Source of the DNA: Planctomycetota bacterium
GTDB lineage: Bacteria > Planctomycetota > PLA2 > JAEUHO01
Assembly (NCBI GenBank): GCA_027625315.1
Contig: JAQBWE010000001.1
Location: 1 to 43,602, forward strand
Reading direction: 5' to 3'
Length of the DNA stretch: 43,602 nucleotides
Positions 22,385 through 33,903 of this stretch are shown in pieces (the stretch's first letter is position 1; every line of letters starts with the position of its first letter). A program made the position numbers and the translations under genes. A model generated the notes under the pieces. The model searched no databases and had not been told where the DNA came from. It saw only the letters and a program-made list of their open reading frames with translations.

Positions 22385-24220
22385 CTATTCCTGCGAAAGG
22401 ACGTGGAGGGCCGCGGCTTTGCGGAGCGCATCGTGGCGCATGCCTTGGCGAAAGCCCTTGTAACGCCTGAGCAGGGGGCGCAGCGTGCGGTGCAGGGCGC
22501 GCTTGACCAGCAGGATGTCCTGCAGACACAGCGCGTCCAACTCCGTCGCAAGGAAGGTGTCGACCGCATCGCCGGGCGTCTCCACGACGGGCTCGCCGCG
22601 ATCGTTGAATGACGTATTCAGCAAGATCGGCACGCCCGTACGCGCAGCAAACGCCGAGATCAGGGCATGCAGCCTGGGATTCGTCGCGCGGTGCACGGTC
22701 TGGACCCGCGCCGTGCCGTCCACATGCGTAACGGCGGCGATTTCCGCACGCTTCTCAGGCCGCACGTCGGTGGCCAGCAGCATGAACGGGCTCTCGTGCG
22801 CGCTCACAAACCACTCGTGCGCATGCTCGGCGAGCACAGCCGGGGCGAAGGGGCGGAACTCTTGGCGGTTCTTCACGCGGATGTTGATGTGGTCGCGCAT
22901 GGCCGCCTTACGCGGGTCCGCGAGAATGCTCCGGTGCCCGAGCGCCCGGGGACCGAACTCGCTGCCACCGTCGAACCAGCCAACGACGCGCCCGGCGGCG
23001 AGCAGATCGGCGACGGCTTCGATGACCTCAGCACCGCGCCGACGCTGCGCGGTCATGCGGACCAGAGGCCGCGTCGCCGCGCGCTCGATTCGCTCCGGGG
23101 GATACGTCATGCCGAGGAAGGCGTGCGTCATGGGCGCGCGCCGCTCGCCTCCATGCAGCTCAAGCCAGCCGTAGAGCGCGCAGCCGATGGCGATGCCGTC
23201 GTCGCCGGCCGCAGGCTGCACAAAGATGCGCTCGAACGGGGTCTCAGCCAGGATCTTGCCGTTGGCCACGCAGTTCAGGGCTACACCGCCCGCCAGCGTG
23301 AGGTCCCTGCCGCCGACCTCTTCATGCAAGCGCTGTGCGCGCCGAACGAGCACGCGCTCGGTGTCCTCTTGGATGCGCCAGGCGAGATCTTCCCAGTGCC
23401 GCCGATGGGGGCTGTGCTTCCAAGTGTGATCGTTGCCGCCCTCGTAGGGGTGGCACAGATCAGGGCCCCAGGGGCGCAGCCGCAAGTCGTCCCCCTCGAG
23501 CTCGACGAGCGGCTCCATCGTCTGCCGGCCATAGGGCGCGAGGCCCATGACCTCCCCGCAGCGGTTCCAGTGACCGAAGATGTAGGACGAAACGCGACTG
23601 TAGAGAGCACCGAGCCCCGCCATCATGAAGAAGTCGTCGTTGACGAGGCTCTTCGTAGGTGCCAACCAGGCCTTGCGAATCGTGCGCAGCTGCTTGCCTT
23701 CGAACGCGTAGTACGACTCCGACTCCCGCGCGAGCGGCACCGCATCGCAGTGGGGGGGCACGGACTCCACGACATCCTCGCGGTGGCTCCCCACGCCGTC
23801 GGTCACCATGACGGCGCCGCGCGCGAACGGTGAGGCGGCAAACGCGCTGTAGGCGTGCGCCAAGTGATGGCTGATGTCGACCACGCGCGGATCGTCACCG
23901 CAGTACAGGACTGAGCGCTCAGCCTGCGCGCGGTCGCGGGCCGTCATGATCTTCGAGCTGGCGTAGCTGCGGAAGACGGCCTCGAGTTCCTGCACGGGGA
24001 GCAGGTAGCTGTTGCGGACGACAAAGGCGACGTCGTCCAGTGTGATGCCCGCCGCGAGCAGGCAGTAGGCGACGGGATCGCTGTAGAATCCCGTGTCATG
24101 CTTGACCCGGGTGATGCGTTCCTTGTTGATCGCGACGACGATCTCGCCGTCCTGCGCGAGCGCTGCGCTCACGTCGTGGTCGTACGCGTTGATGCCGAGG
24201 GTGTAGACGGGGGCGGCCAT
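22385..24220 (-). CDS. Carbamoyltransferase (NodU/CmcH family)
   Basis: N-terminal LGINAYDHDVSAALAQDGEIVVAINKERITRVKHD and the C-terminal carbamoyltransferase region (PILLNTSFNDRGEPVV). Confidence 0.85.
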   Translation of the reverse strand: MAAPVYTLGINAYDHDVSAALAQDGEIVVAINKERITRVKHDTGFYSDPVAYCLLAAGITLDDVAFVVRNSYLLPVQELEAVFRSYASSKIMTARDRAQAERSVLYCGDDPRVVDISHHLAHAYSAFAASPFARGAVMVTDGVGSHREDVVESVPPHCDAVPLARESESYYAFEGKQLRTIRKAWLAPTKSLVNDDFFMMAGLGALYSRVSSYIFGHWNRCGEVMGLAPYGRQTMEPLVELEGDDLRLRPWGPDLCHPYEGGNDHTWKHSPHRRHWEDLAWRIQEDTERVLVRRAQRLHEEVGGRDLTLAGGVALNCVANGKILAETPFERIFVQPAAGDDGIAIGCALYGWLELHGGERRAPMTHAFLGMTYPPERIERAATRPLVRMTAQRRRGAEVIEAVADLLAAGRVVGWFDGGSEFGPRALGHRSILADPRKAAMRDHINIRVKNRQEFRPFAPAVLAEHAHEWFVSAHESPFMLLATDVRPEKRAEIAAVTHVDGTARVQTVHRATNPRLHALISAFAARTGVPILLNTSFNDRGEPVVETPGDAVDTFLATELDALCLQDILLVKRALHRTLRPLLRRYKGFRQGMRHDALRKAAALHVLSQE

Positions 24221-24297
24221 GGGCCCAGATCATGCCCGGAGCGGCGTCGGGCGTCCCGCCGGAACTTCCGCCGCCGTGCAGCGCGCATTCCTGCGGG

Positions 24298-26463
24298 CTA
24301 CTTCCTCTCGAGGCGATCGCGGTAAGCGGCCCAGGCAGAGTCGCTGTACAGCCCGATATCCTCCGCCACCTCCCGCCAGGCCTCGCTGGCGCTGCGCGCC
24401 TTGGTCCCCGGGAAGAGTGCGATCACCGCTTCGCGCTTGACCGCGATCGTGTCGACGGCGCTCTGAATCGACGCCTCACCGTTCTCCAAGCGCAGCAGGC
24501 GGTCGCCAGTTACGAAGGCGTCCACGCTCTCCCAGGCGGCCGCCGGGAGGCCCTGGTGCAAGAAGACCTCGCCCCGCAGCGTGGCTCGCGCGACGGCGCG
24601 ACTGCTCTCCGGCATGGAGGCCACCGCTTGCTCGATGCGCTCAAGCACGTCCCCGACGTCGCGCTCCACGACCTCGAACGAGGCGCTGAAGTCGTCTTGG
24701 ATGGGCTCGCCCGCGGCACGGGCCAGACCCCAGGTGACGGTCATCCCGGGCTTCAAGGCGTCGAGCACAGTCTGCGGAATGGCGCCGCTAAGCGCGCTCC
24801 GCTCAGGCTCCGGGAAAGCCTCGTCGTGGAGACGGTGCTCACCCGAATCAAACACGAGTCGAGCACCAGCAGGGAACCGTTCGGCAAACCCTGTCCCAAC
24901 GGCCACACTCCACGCAGCGAGGTCGGAGCTTCGCACGGGGCCGCGGGGGTAGCGGTTCTCGAAGACGAACTCGGCACGATGACCGCGCTCCTGGCCGGCG
25001 CTTGTGTAGCCGGCGGCTCGTAGCTTCGCGTTCTCGCGGTCGATGTACAGGTGCCCTTCGAGGTTGAGCGCGCGCAGCAGCACGCTCTCCTTCACCAAGC
25101 CCGGCTCACCCTTCACCGTGAGGCGTCCGGGGGAGATGATGGCCGGGTCGGGGGAGTGCACAAACACGGTGTAGTCGCGGTCCGAGGGGAGGTCGATCTC
25201 GAGCGGACTACGGAAGCGCCGCGGATCGCCCACGATCTCGATATCCGCAATCGGCGTGGTCGTTACGCGCAGTTGGATGGGGTCGTTCGGCTGCGCTGCC
25301 CAGGTGATACCCAGCGCCACAAGCACGCAGGCCGCGAGGGCGAGCACGGGATGCCGCCGCACGGCCCGCAAGCCGCGCTGGGTCATGGTCAGCGGACGGC
25401 CGCTGACGCGGGCACCGTCGGCGAACCGCAGCAGATCGTCGCGCAGCTCTGCGGCTGAGCCGTAGCGGTCGCGGGCGTCCTTCTCGAGGCACTGGAGCGC
25501 GATGCGCGAACAGCCCGGGGGTAGATCGGGCGCGATGGACCGGGGGTGCTCCGGACGCTCCTTCAGCACCATCCGCATGAGGGCATGCAGGTTGTCGGTG
25601 CGGAACGGCGGCGCGCCGGTGAGCAACTGGTACATGGTGGCGCCGAGGCCGTAGACATCCGTGCGCTCTTCGATGCCGCTGCGGTTGCCCAGCATCTGCT
25701 CGGGGCTCATGTAGAGCGGCGTCCCGAGCGCATCGCCCGAGCGCGTCATGGTGGTCGACATCGCGCTGCGGGCGAGGCCGAAGTCGGCCAGCATGTAGCG
25801 GCCCTGCGAGTCGACCATGATGTTGGAGGGCTTGACGTCACGGTGGATGATGCCAGCCGCGTGCAGGGTGACCAGGGCGTCGGCGACGCCCGCGAGGCCC
25901 CGGCAAAGCGTGGCCGGGTCAGGCAGGCGATCCTGCTTCACCAGGTCAGCCAGCGTCGGACCATCGACCAGGCTCATGGCGTAGTAGGGGCGGCCGTCCA
26001 CCTCTCCGAACTCGTAGATCTCGACAATGTGGTCGTGCTTGACCTGGGCCAAAGCCTGCGCCTCCCGCTGGAAGCGCTCGCGGGCGTTGGCGTCGGTGTC
26101 GACGCCCGTGCGCAAGACCTTCAGGGCCACCTTGCGGCCGAGCTTGCGGTGGATCGCCTCGTAGACCACGCCGGCCGCGCCGCGCGCGATCTCCCGGAGG
26201 AGCGTGTAGGAGCCCCAGGCGATCGGCAGGTGCGCCGCCTCTCCCGTGGGCTCCAGTGCCTCGTCGATGAGCGTCTCCGCCGCCACGAGGGCGGCGAACT
26301 CTGGATAGAGGTCACCGAGTCGCTTCTGGAAAACCACCTCGTCCGGGCGCTCCCCGCGGGCGCGCTGACGGTGGTAGTCCTCTAGGGCCTCGGCGAGGAT
26401 GGCGTCTTGTTGTTCTTGGGTCATTCCAGCGCCTGAAGCGGGATCCGGGGGAGGCCGTTTCAT
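24298..26463 (-). CDS. Membrane-spanning Ser/Thr protein kinase with a ~330-aa extracytoplasmic C-terminal domain
   Basis: Gly loop plus VALKVL, HRDVKPSNIMV, DFGLAR, GTPLYMSPEQ. One TM helix (HPVLALAACVLVALGITWA). The start overlaps the stop of the ECF sigma gene (ATGA). Confidence 0.9.
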   Translation of the reverse strand: MKRPPPDPASGAGMTQEQQDAILAEALEDYHRQRARGERPDEVVFQKRLGDLYPEFAALVAAETLIDEALEPTGEAAHLPIAWGSYTLLREIARGAAGVVYEAIHRKLGRKVALKVLRTGVDTDANARERFQREAQALAQVKHDHIVEIYEFGEVDGRPYYAMSLVDGPTLADLVKQDRLPDPATLCRGLAGVADALVTLHAAGIIHRDVKPSNIMVDSQGRYMLADFGLARSAMSTTMTRSGDALGTPLYMSPEQMLGNRSGIEERTDVYGLGATMYQLLTGAPPFRTDNLHALMRMVLKERPEHPRSIAPDLPPGCSRIALQCLEKDARDRYGSAAELRDDLLRFADGARVSGRPLTMTQRGLRAVRRHPVLALAACVLVALGITWAAQPNDPIQLRVTTTPIADIEIVGDPRRFRSPLEIDLPSDRDYTVFVHSPDPAIISPGRLTVKGEPGLVKESVLLRALNLEGHLYIDRENAKLRAAGYTSAGQERGHRAEFVFENRYPRGPVRSSDLAAWSVAVGTGFAERFPAGARLVFDSGEHRLHDEAFPEPERSALSGAIPQTVLDALKPGMTVTWGLARAAGEPIQDDFSASFEVVERDVGDVLERIEQAVASMPESSRAVARATLRGEVFLHQGLPAAAWESVDAFVTGDRLLRLENGEASIQSAVDTIAVKREAVIALFPGTKARSASEAWREVAEDIGLYSDSAWAAYRDRLERK

Positions 26464-27026
26464 GGTGTCGCCCCATTTGCCTCGAGGGCCTCCTTGAGGG
26501 CCTTCAGGGCGCGGCAGTACAGGATGCGGATGGCGTTGGGGGTCTTGTCCTTGAGTTCCGCGATCTCCGCGACGCTGAGTTCCTCAAAGCGCCGCAGCCG
26601 GATGACCTCCGCGTACTCCGGGCTGAGGGCGTCCAGGCCTGCCGAGACGCGCTCGACTTGCTCGCTGCGCGAGATCGTGGTGGAGGGCGAGGTCTGGCTG
26701 AAGCTCAGGGGCTGGATCTTCTGGCGTTTCTGGGCCCCGTGGTGGTCGGCGAGGTCGCGGATCCGGTTCTCGGCGATCTTGAAGACCCACGCGAGAAACG
26801 CCCGGTGATTGTCGCCCTGGAAGCCCTCGAGGCTCTTGTGGACCGCGAGCAGGGTCTCCTGGGCCACGTCATCGGGCTCCAAGCGGGCGCGCAGGCCCGG
26901 GGAGAGGCGACTCGTGGCCCACAGGACAAGGCGCGGCCGCAGATACTCCAGCATGTCGCCGAAGTCAGACTCCTCCCGCGACGTCAAAGCGCGGACAATA
27001 AGGGTCTGGGTGCGGCCAAGATCCAT
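26460..27026 (-). CDS. ECF-type RNA polymerase sigma factor
   Basis: Region 2 (DDVAQETLLAVHKSL...FLAWVFKIAENRIRD) and region 4 HTH (LSVAEIAELKDKTPNAIRILYCRALKALKE). Start at the internal ATG 27026. Confidence 0.85.
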   Translation of the reverse strand: MDLGRTQTLIVRALTSREESDFGDMLEYLRPRLVLWATSRLSPGLRARLEPDDVAQETLLAVHKSLEGFQGDNHRAFLAWVFKIAENRIRDLADHHGAQKRQKIQPLSFSQTSPSTTISRSEQVERVSAGLDALSPEYAEVIRLRRFEELSVAEIAELKDKTPNAIRILYCRALKALKEALEANGATP

Positions 27027-27099
27027 CGTGAGATCATAGCGAGCGCGGCATGATTCCGCGCAAGTCCCTTGCTGAACCCACCTTCCGCCCGGAGGCCGC

Positions 27100-27780
27100 A
27101 TGCCGCCGCCCGACTCGAACCACCCCGCGCACGTTCCCCTGAGCTGGGTCGAGCACCCCCCTGAGGTCATGCGGACTCGCGCCGAGGCGTTTGCGAGCGA
27201 AATGGGGCGCCGCCGAACGGTACGCCAGTTCGCCGACCGGCCGATCCCGCCCGGGGTGCTCGAGGCGTGCCTGCGCGCTGCCGGGAGCGCCCCAAGCGGC
27301 GCCAACCTGCAGCCCTGGCACTTCGTCGTGGTGACGGACGCGGACCGCAAGCGCCGCATCCGTGCCGCGGCGGAGGAGGAGGAGCGCTCCTTCTACGGTG
27401 GCCGCGCGCCGGCTGAGTGGCTTGAGGCGCTGGCGCCGCTGGGGACCGACGACCAGAAGCCGTTCCTCGAAACAGCGCCCGCGCTCATTGCTGTGTTTGG
27501 GGAGCGATACGGGCTCGGACCCGATGGACGCAAACTCAAGCGCTACTACGTGGACGAGTCCGTGGGCCTCGCAACGGGCTTGCTGATCGCGGCGCTGCAC
27601 CACGCCGGACTTGCGACGCTCACGCACACGCCGAGTCCGATGGGCTTCCTGCGCGACCTCCTGGGGCGGGGCGAACACGAGCGACCGTTCGTCCTGCTCG
27701 TCGTCGGCTACCCGGCACCCGAAGCGACGGTCCCGGCGATTGGTCGCAAGCCCCTCCGAGCGATCGCGACCTTCCTCTAG
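27100..27780 (+). CDS. Nitroreductase-superfamily flavoprotein, iodotyrosine deiodinase (IYD)-like
   Basis: Alignable by eye over its whole length with animal IYD ([60 protein letters not shown]). Confidence 0.75.
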   Translation: MPPPDSNHPAHVPLSWVEHPPEVMRTRAEAFASEMGRRRTVRQFADRPIPPGVLEACLRAAGSAPSGANLQPWHFVVVTDADRKRRIRAAAEEEERSFYGGRAPAEWLEALAPLGTDDQKPFLETAPALIAVFGERYGLGPDGRKLKRYYVDESVGLATGLLIAALHHAGLATLTHTPSPMGFLRDLLGRGEHERPFVLLVVGYPAPEATVPAIGRKPLRAIATFL

Positions 27781-27824
27781 TAGTGACCCGCGCCAGCTCG
27801 CGCGCGTAGTTCGCAGGGAGTCAA

Positions 27825-27841
27825 GCGCGGCTTTGCCGCGC
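27825..27841. terminator. Possible bidirectional hairpin between convergent genes
   Basis: gcgcggc-ttt-gccgcgc (7-bp stem). No U-tract. Confidence 0.3.
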
Positions 27842-27854
27842 CTGGGAGCCTGAT

Positions 27855-27904
27855 CGCCCCAGCCCAGTCCGCCGCACCTCCGAGATGCAACGGAACTTCG
27901 CGCT
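27855..27904 (-). repeat. Dispersed repeat R2, copy B, 7 nt downstream of the tricorn-like gene stop
   Basis: The reverse complement is 48/50 identical to 4042-4091. Confidence 0.9.
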
Positions 27905-27911
27905 TACCACA

Positions 27912-30900
27912 CTAGTTGCGGCTGAACCCGGGACGCTGACTCGCGCGTCGCAGCACGGGCTGCGGGCGGGCCTTCCAGGCCGAGATCGCCTCCAGCGCTA
28001 CGTCCACCGCCTTCTCGGCTTGGCGATCCCGGCCCACGGCATGATCCGCCGGCTCCGGCCACAGCACGTGGTGGGGGACGCAGCCGTTCAGCTCCATGTC
28101 CTCACCGTCACCGAGCAGGAACCAGCCACGAAACGGAAGACGCAGAGAGCCGAAGCCCATCACCGAGGTCGCCCCGGTGCTGATGACGCCGCCGGCCGTG
28201 GTCACGCCGACCACGGTGCCGCGGCCCAGCGTCTTGATGGCGTGCGCGAAGATCTCCGCGTTGCTGAAGCTGTTCTGATTGCAGAGCACGACCACAGGCT
28301 TGTGCCAGGGTGCGTACACCATTCGGTCGTGCGGGTAGCCCGGCGCACCGCGGCGCGGCACCGTGATCGCATGCCGTGGCTGGGTGAGGCAGGTCAGGAG
28401 GTGATCCGTGGTGAACCCGCCCCCGTTGTCGCGCACATCGATGACGAGCGCGTCTTTGCCGTGGCCCGCCTTGTAGAGATCCTCCTCGAAGCGCAAGAAA
28501 CTCGGCCAGTTCATGCTCCGCACGTGCAGATAGCCGACGGTGCCCTGCGACCGCTCGTCAATGGCGCGGCGTGTGCGCTGCAGTTCGTCCGCGTAGAGCT
28601 TGGCACGCACATCACCGTACGTCGTGGGACGGAGCGTCACACTCCGCACCTCGCCGTCGGCGGCGCGCACGCGTAGTTGCACATCACGCGCCGGGTTGCC
28701 GGTGAGCAGGCGGTCGATGTCGGTCGCGGGCCCGACCGGTCGAGCGTCGATGGTGAGAATCACCTCGCCGGCCACCAGGCGCGTACGCTGCTGATCAGCG
28801 GGCGTGCCCGTGATCACGTCGCGCACGCGCAGTCCGGGTCCTTCGAATGCCTCGTCAAAGCGACACCCGAGGTGGCCCGTGACGTCGCTCCACCCCGGCC
28901 GTGTCCACGCCCGTCCCTGCGCGTTGAACCCCAAGTGCGATCCGTTGAGCTCCCCGAGCAGCATGTTCACGACCTGCTCCACCTCGTCGGCTGTCGCACA
29001 TTGTGCCGCCATCGCGCCGTACTTCGTGCGCAGCGCGTTCCAATCGCGATTGCCCATACGCTCGTCGTAGTAGGTCTCGCCCATGATGCGCCACACGCGC
29101 TCGAACACGGCCGCGTGCAGATCCGGAAGGAGCACTTCGCTGCGGGCGCTGAACGCAAACGGTGTGGGCTTCCCCGTCGCGTCGATTGCGGTGGGTACGC
29201 CTCCACTCAAGCCAACGATCTGATTGCCTTCCTTGAGCCAGCGCGGGTCTGCGAGCGGAGTCGCTGTCAGGAATTTCGGCGTCAGCTCGTCCGGGAACCC
29301 GACGGTGTACAGACCGGCCTGGGTGCCGGTCCGACCTCGAAAGGCCAGCTTCTTGCTGTCGTGCGACCAGAAGAGACCCGACTCCGCTTCGCCGGGAATC
29401 GCGATCCGCCGCACGCGCTCCGCGATGCCCTCCCAATCGACGTGCAGCGGCTCAGTCGGCTTCGGGGCCTCGACCGCAGGCGTGGGCTCCGCTGCCGTCG
29501 CGGCGGGCTCTTCTAGGCGGGCTTCGAAGGTGCCCTCCATGACGCCTTCGATGCGCCACGTGCCGGACATGCGGGCGCCACCCTCGATCCGTCCCTCGCC
29601 CGCAAGTGCGCCTAGCGGCGTCGTGAGGGCAAACGCAAACGTCCCCGCATCGGCATCCAGCGTGAACGTCTCCGCGGTGCCCGAGAACTGACCGACGACC
29701 TCGATCGCGCAGGTCCAGGCGTCGTCGGCCCGCGTCAACACCAGCACCAGCGCAAGGCCCTCCGCGGGAATGGGCGGCGGGCCTTGTAGTTGGCCGGTCC
29801 AGCGTCCGGCGGGACCGGTCGCGGCCTCGGCTGCGGAGGGCGCGTCCTTGGCGGGGATGTCCTTGCCCGGGGTGGGGCTGCCCGGGGTGGGCTTGGCAGT
29901 CCGACCCTTCATCTTCTCGAGCGCCTTCTCAAGCGCCCGGTCGCGACCATCGGTCTCGTCGTCCTGCGCGCGCAACCAGACGTACGCAATGTCGGTCTCG
30001 TCGTTCCAGCGCCGCCCTGTGAACGCGAGGACCTTGCCGTCGGGCGACCACGCAGGCTGCTGATCGTTGTCGGGATGCTGCGAGACGTTCACGGCCGGCG
30101 TCGCGCCATCGGCCGGCACGAGCCACACATCCCAATTGAAGTCCTCATCCGGCGCAGCGTAGGCGATCCAGGTCCCGTCCGGCGAGAAGCACCACTCGAC
30201 GCCCAGAAACGACTCCACATGGCGGCGCACATCTTTGCCATCTAGGTCCATCGACCACAGGCTGCCTTCCTTGATGAACGCAAGGCGCTTGCCATCCGGA
30301 GTGAGTCGCAGCTCGTCCTCCGTGGCCGCGTCGTTGGTGAGCCGCTCGGCCTTGAACTGCTCGTTCTGCCACCAGTACTTGTCGTCCTCAGCCCGCGAGA
30401 GTTTCCAGACATCCGCCTGTCCCGCGGCATCGCTCACGACCCAGAGATTCGTGAAGTCGGCGGAGAACACCGGATGGCGCTCCTCCTGCGGCGTGTTGGT
30501 TACGCGGCGCGGCTCCTTGAGCTCGGTGTCCATCACCCACACGTCGCCGTCAGCGATGAGGGCGATCTCGCGCGCGTCGTTGCTGAAGGCCGCAGCTGTG
30601 GCGCGGGTGGTGACGCGGCGCTCCACGAGGTCGACCGACGCATCGCCCATGTCGCGAATCTCGACACGTTCGGGCGCTCGGCTCGTGCCTGGCCGAACAA
30701 CGTACACGTCGAATAGGCGCCGGTACGCGATCGTCGTGAGGTCCGCCGAGATGGTCGGCCAGCTCACGCCGTCGTCGGTGTGGTGCGTGAGCTGCGTGCG
30801 GCGACCCGAGGCAATGTCGAGGGTCCAGAGGTTCCACGTGCCGTCCTGCTCGCCGACGTAGTGGAGCGTGCCGCCGTCGCGACCCCACAGCGGCCACATC

Positions 30901-31547
30901 TCGCCGTGCGGGCCCTCACTGAGGCGGCGGTACGTCTTGGCCCGCAGATCATAGAGCCACAGCTGCGAGGCGCGCTCGCCCCGGTAGCCCTTGCGCGTCC
31001 AGCCCATGCCCTCGCGCGTGAAGGCAATGAGGCTCCCGTCGGGCGACACGCTGCCGTGGCCGCAGGCCGCGTCGAATAGGAGCTCCGGTTGCGCCTCCGC
31101 CACGACCGGCTGGCGGAAGAGGCGGTCGGCGTCGCGCCAGTCGTGGTCGCGCGAGCTGCGCGTCAGCACGGACTTGCTGTCGGGAAACCAGCCATAGACA
31201 CGCGTGCCTTCCGAGTGCGTAGTGATCTGGGTCGGCTCGCCGCCGGTCAGGGGCATCACATGAACCTGGTCGCCTCCCGCGCGGGTGCTGACGAACGCGA
31301 TCCGCGTGCCATCGGGCGAGACGTGCGGCCTCGTGTCAGGAGCCGGGTGCGTGGTCAGTCGGCGCGCGGCTCCGCCCGTGCTGGCCACCCGCCAGAGGTC
31401 ACCGCGCCACGAGAACACCAGGGTCGAGCCGTCGGGCGTCAGGGCCAGGCTCTCGGGCAGCTGCACCAACCGGCCCTCGTCAGCCGCGCGCGCAGCGGGG
31501 GGGATTAGGGCCAGGATGGCCACCAGGGCCAGGGCGAGACGTCGCAT
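27912..31547 (-). CDS. Tricorn protease homologue (TolB-like beta-propellers + PDZ + S41 peptidase core)
   Basis: Signal peptide from ATG 31547 (GGAGGAG RBS). PD40/WD40-like propeller repeats. S41 signatures DVRDNGGGF and NQNSFSNAEIF. A PDZ-like segment lies between them. Confidence 0.85.
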   Translation of the reverse strand: MRRLALALVAILALIPPAARAADEGRLVQLPESLALTPDGSTLVFSWRGDLWRVASTGGAARRLTTHPAPDTRPHVSPDGTRIAFVSTRAGGDQVHVMPLTGGEPTQITTHSEGTRVYGWFPDSKSVLTRSSRDHDWRDADRLFRQPVVAEAQPELLFDAACGHGSVSPDGSLIAFTREGMGWTRKGYRGERASQLWLYDLRAKTYRRLSEGPHGEMWPLWGRDGGTLHYVGEQDGTWNLWTLDIASGRRTQLTHHTDDGVSWPTISADLTTIAYRRLFDVYVVRPGTSRAPERVEIRDMGDASVDLVERRVTTRATAAAFSNDAREIALIADGDVWVMDTELKEPRRVTNTPQEERHPVFSADFTNLWVVSDAAGQADVWKLSRAEDDKYWWQNEQFKAERLTNDAATEDELRLTPDGKRLAFIKEGSLWSMDLDGKDVRRHVESFLGVEWCFSPDGTWIAYAAPDEDFNWDVWLVPADGATPAVNVSQHPDNDQQPAWSPDGKVLAFTGRRWNDETDIAYVWLRAQDDETDGRDRALEKALEKMKGRTAKPTPGSPTPGKDIPAKDAPSAAEAATGPAGRWTGQLQGPPPIPAEGLALVLVLTRADDAWTCAIEVVGQFSGTAETFTLDADAGTFAFALTTPLGALAGEGRIEGGARMSGTWRIEGVMEGTFEARLEEPAATAAEPTPAVEAPKPTEPLHVDWEGIAERVRRIAIPGEAESGLFWSHDSKKLAFRGRTGTQAGLYTVGFPDELTPKFLTATPLADPRWLKEGNQIVGLSGGVPTAIDATGKPTPFAFSARSEVLLPDLHAAVFERVWRIMGETYYDERMGNRDWNALRTKYGAMAAQCATADEVEQVVNMLLGELNGSHLGFNAQGRAWTRPGWSDVTGHLGCRFDEAFEGPGLRVRDVITGTPADQQRTRLVAGEVILTIDARPVGPATDIDRLLTGNPARDVQLRVRAADGEVRSVTLRPTTYGDVRAKLYADELQRTRRAIDERSQGTVGYLHVRSMNWPSFLRFEEDLYKAGHGKDALVIDVRDNGGGFTTDHLLTCLTQPRHAITVPRRGAPGYPHDRMVYAPWHKPVVVLCNQNSFSNAEIFAHAIKTLGRGTVVGVTTAGGVISTGATSVMGFGSLRLPFRGWFLLGDGEDMELNGCVPHHVLWPEPADHAVGRDRQAEKAVDVALEAISAWKARPQPVLRRASQRPGFSRN

Positions 31548-31662
31548 GGGCACTCCTCCGGGGGGGGCCGAGTCTAATGAGCCCGGGCGCGGCGGGCGCA
31601 TCCAGACACCGCCCAGAGGCCATTCGGGTGGCAGCGCCCGGCCATCGGCTACCGTCGAGCGC

Positions 31663-33872
<2,210 letters not shown>

Positions 33873-33903
33873 GGTCGCATCGTACCGGGCGGAGTGCGGT
33901 AGG

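Noticed and set aside
22667-23833. 388-aa plus-strand ORF inside the carbamoyltransferase gene. Similar long shadow ORFs occur at 8659-9816(-), 25546-26385(+), 27885-29516(+), 31480-32589(-), 32471-33262(-), 38338-39426(-), 39531-40472(+), 40614-41390(-) and 41261-42010(-).
   Set aside because: Each lies entirely within, and opposite or out of frame with, a gene that has strong family motifs. Their compositions are dominated by Arg, Gly, Ala and Pro. None has a recognisable motif or RBS.
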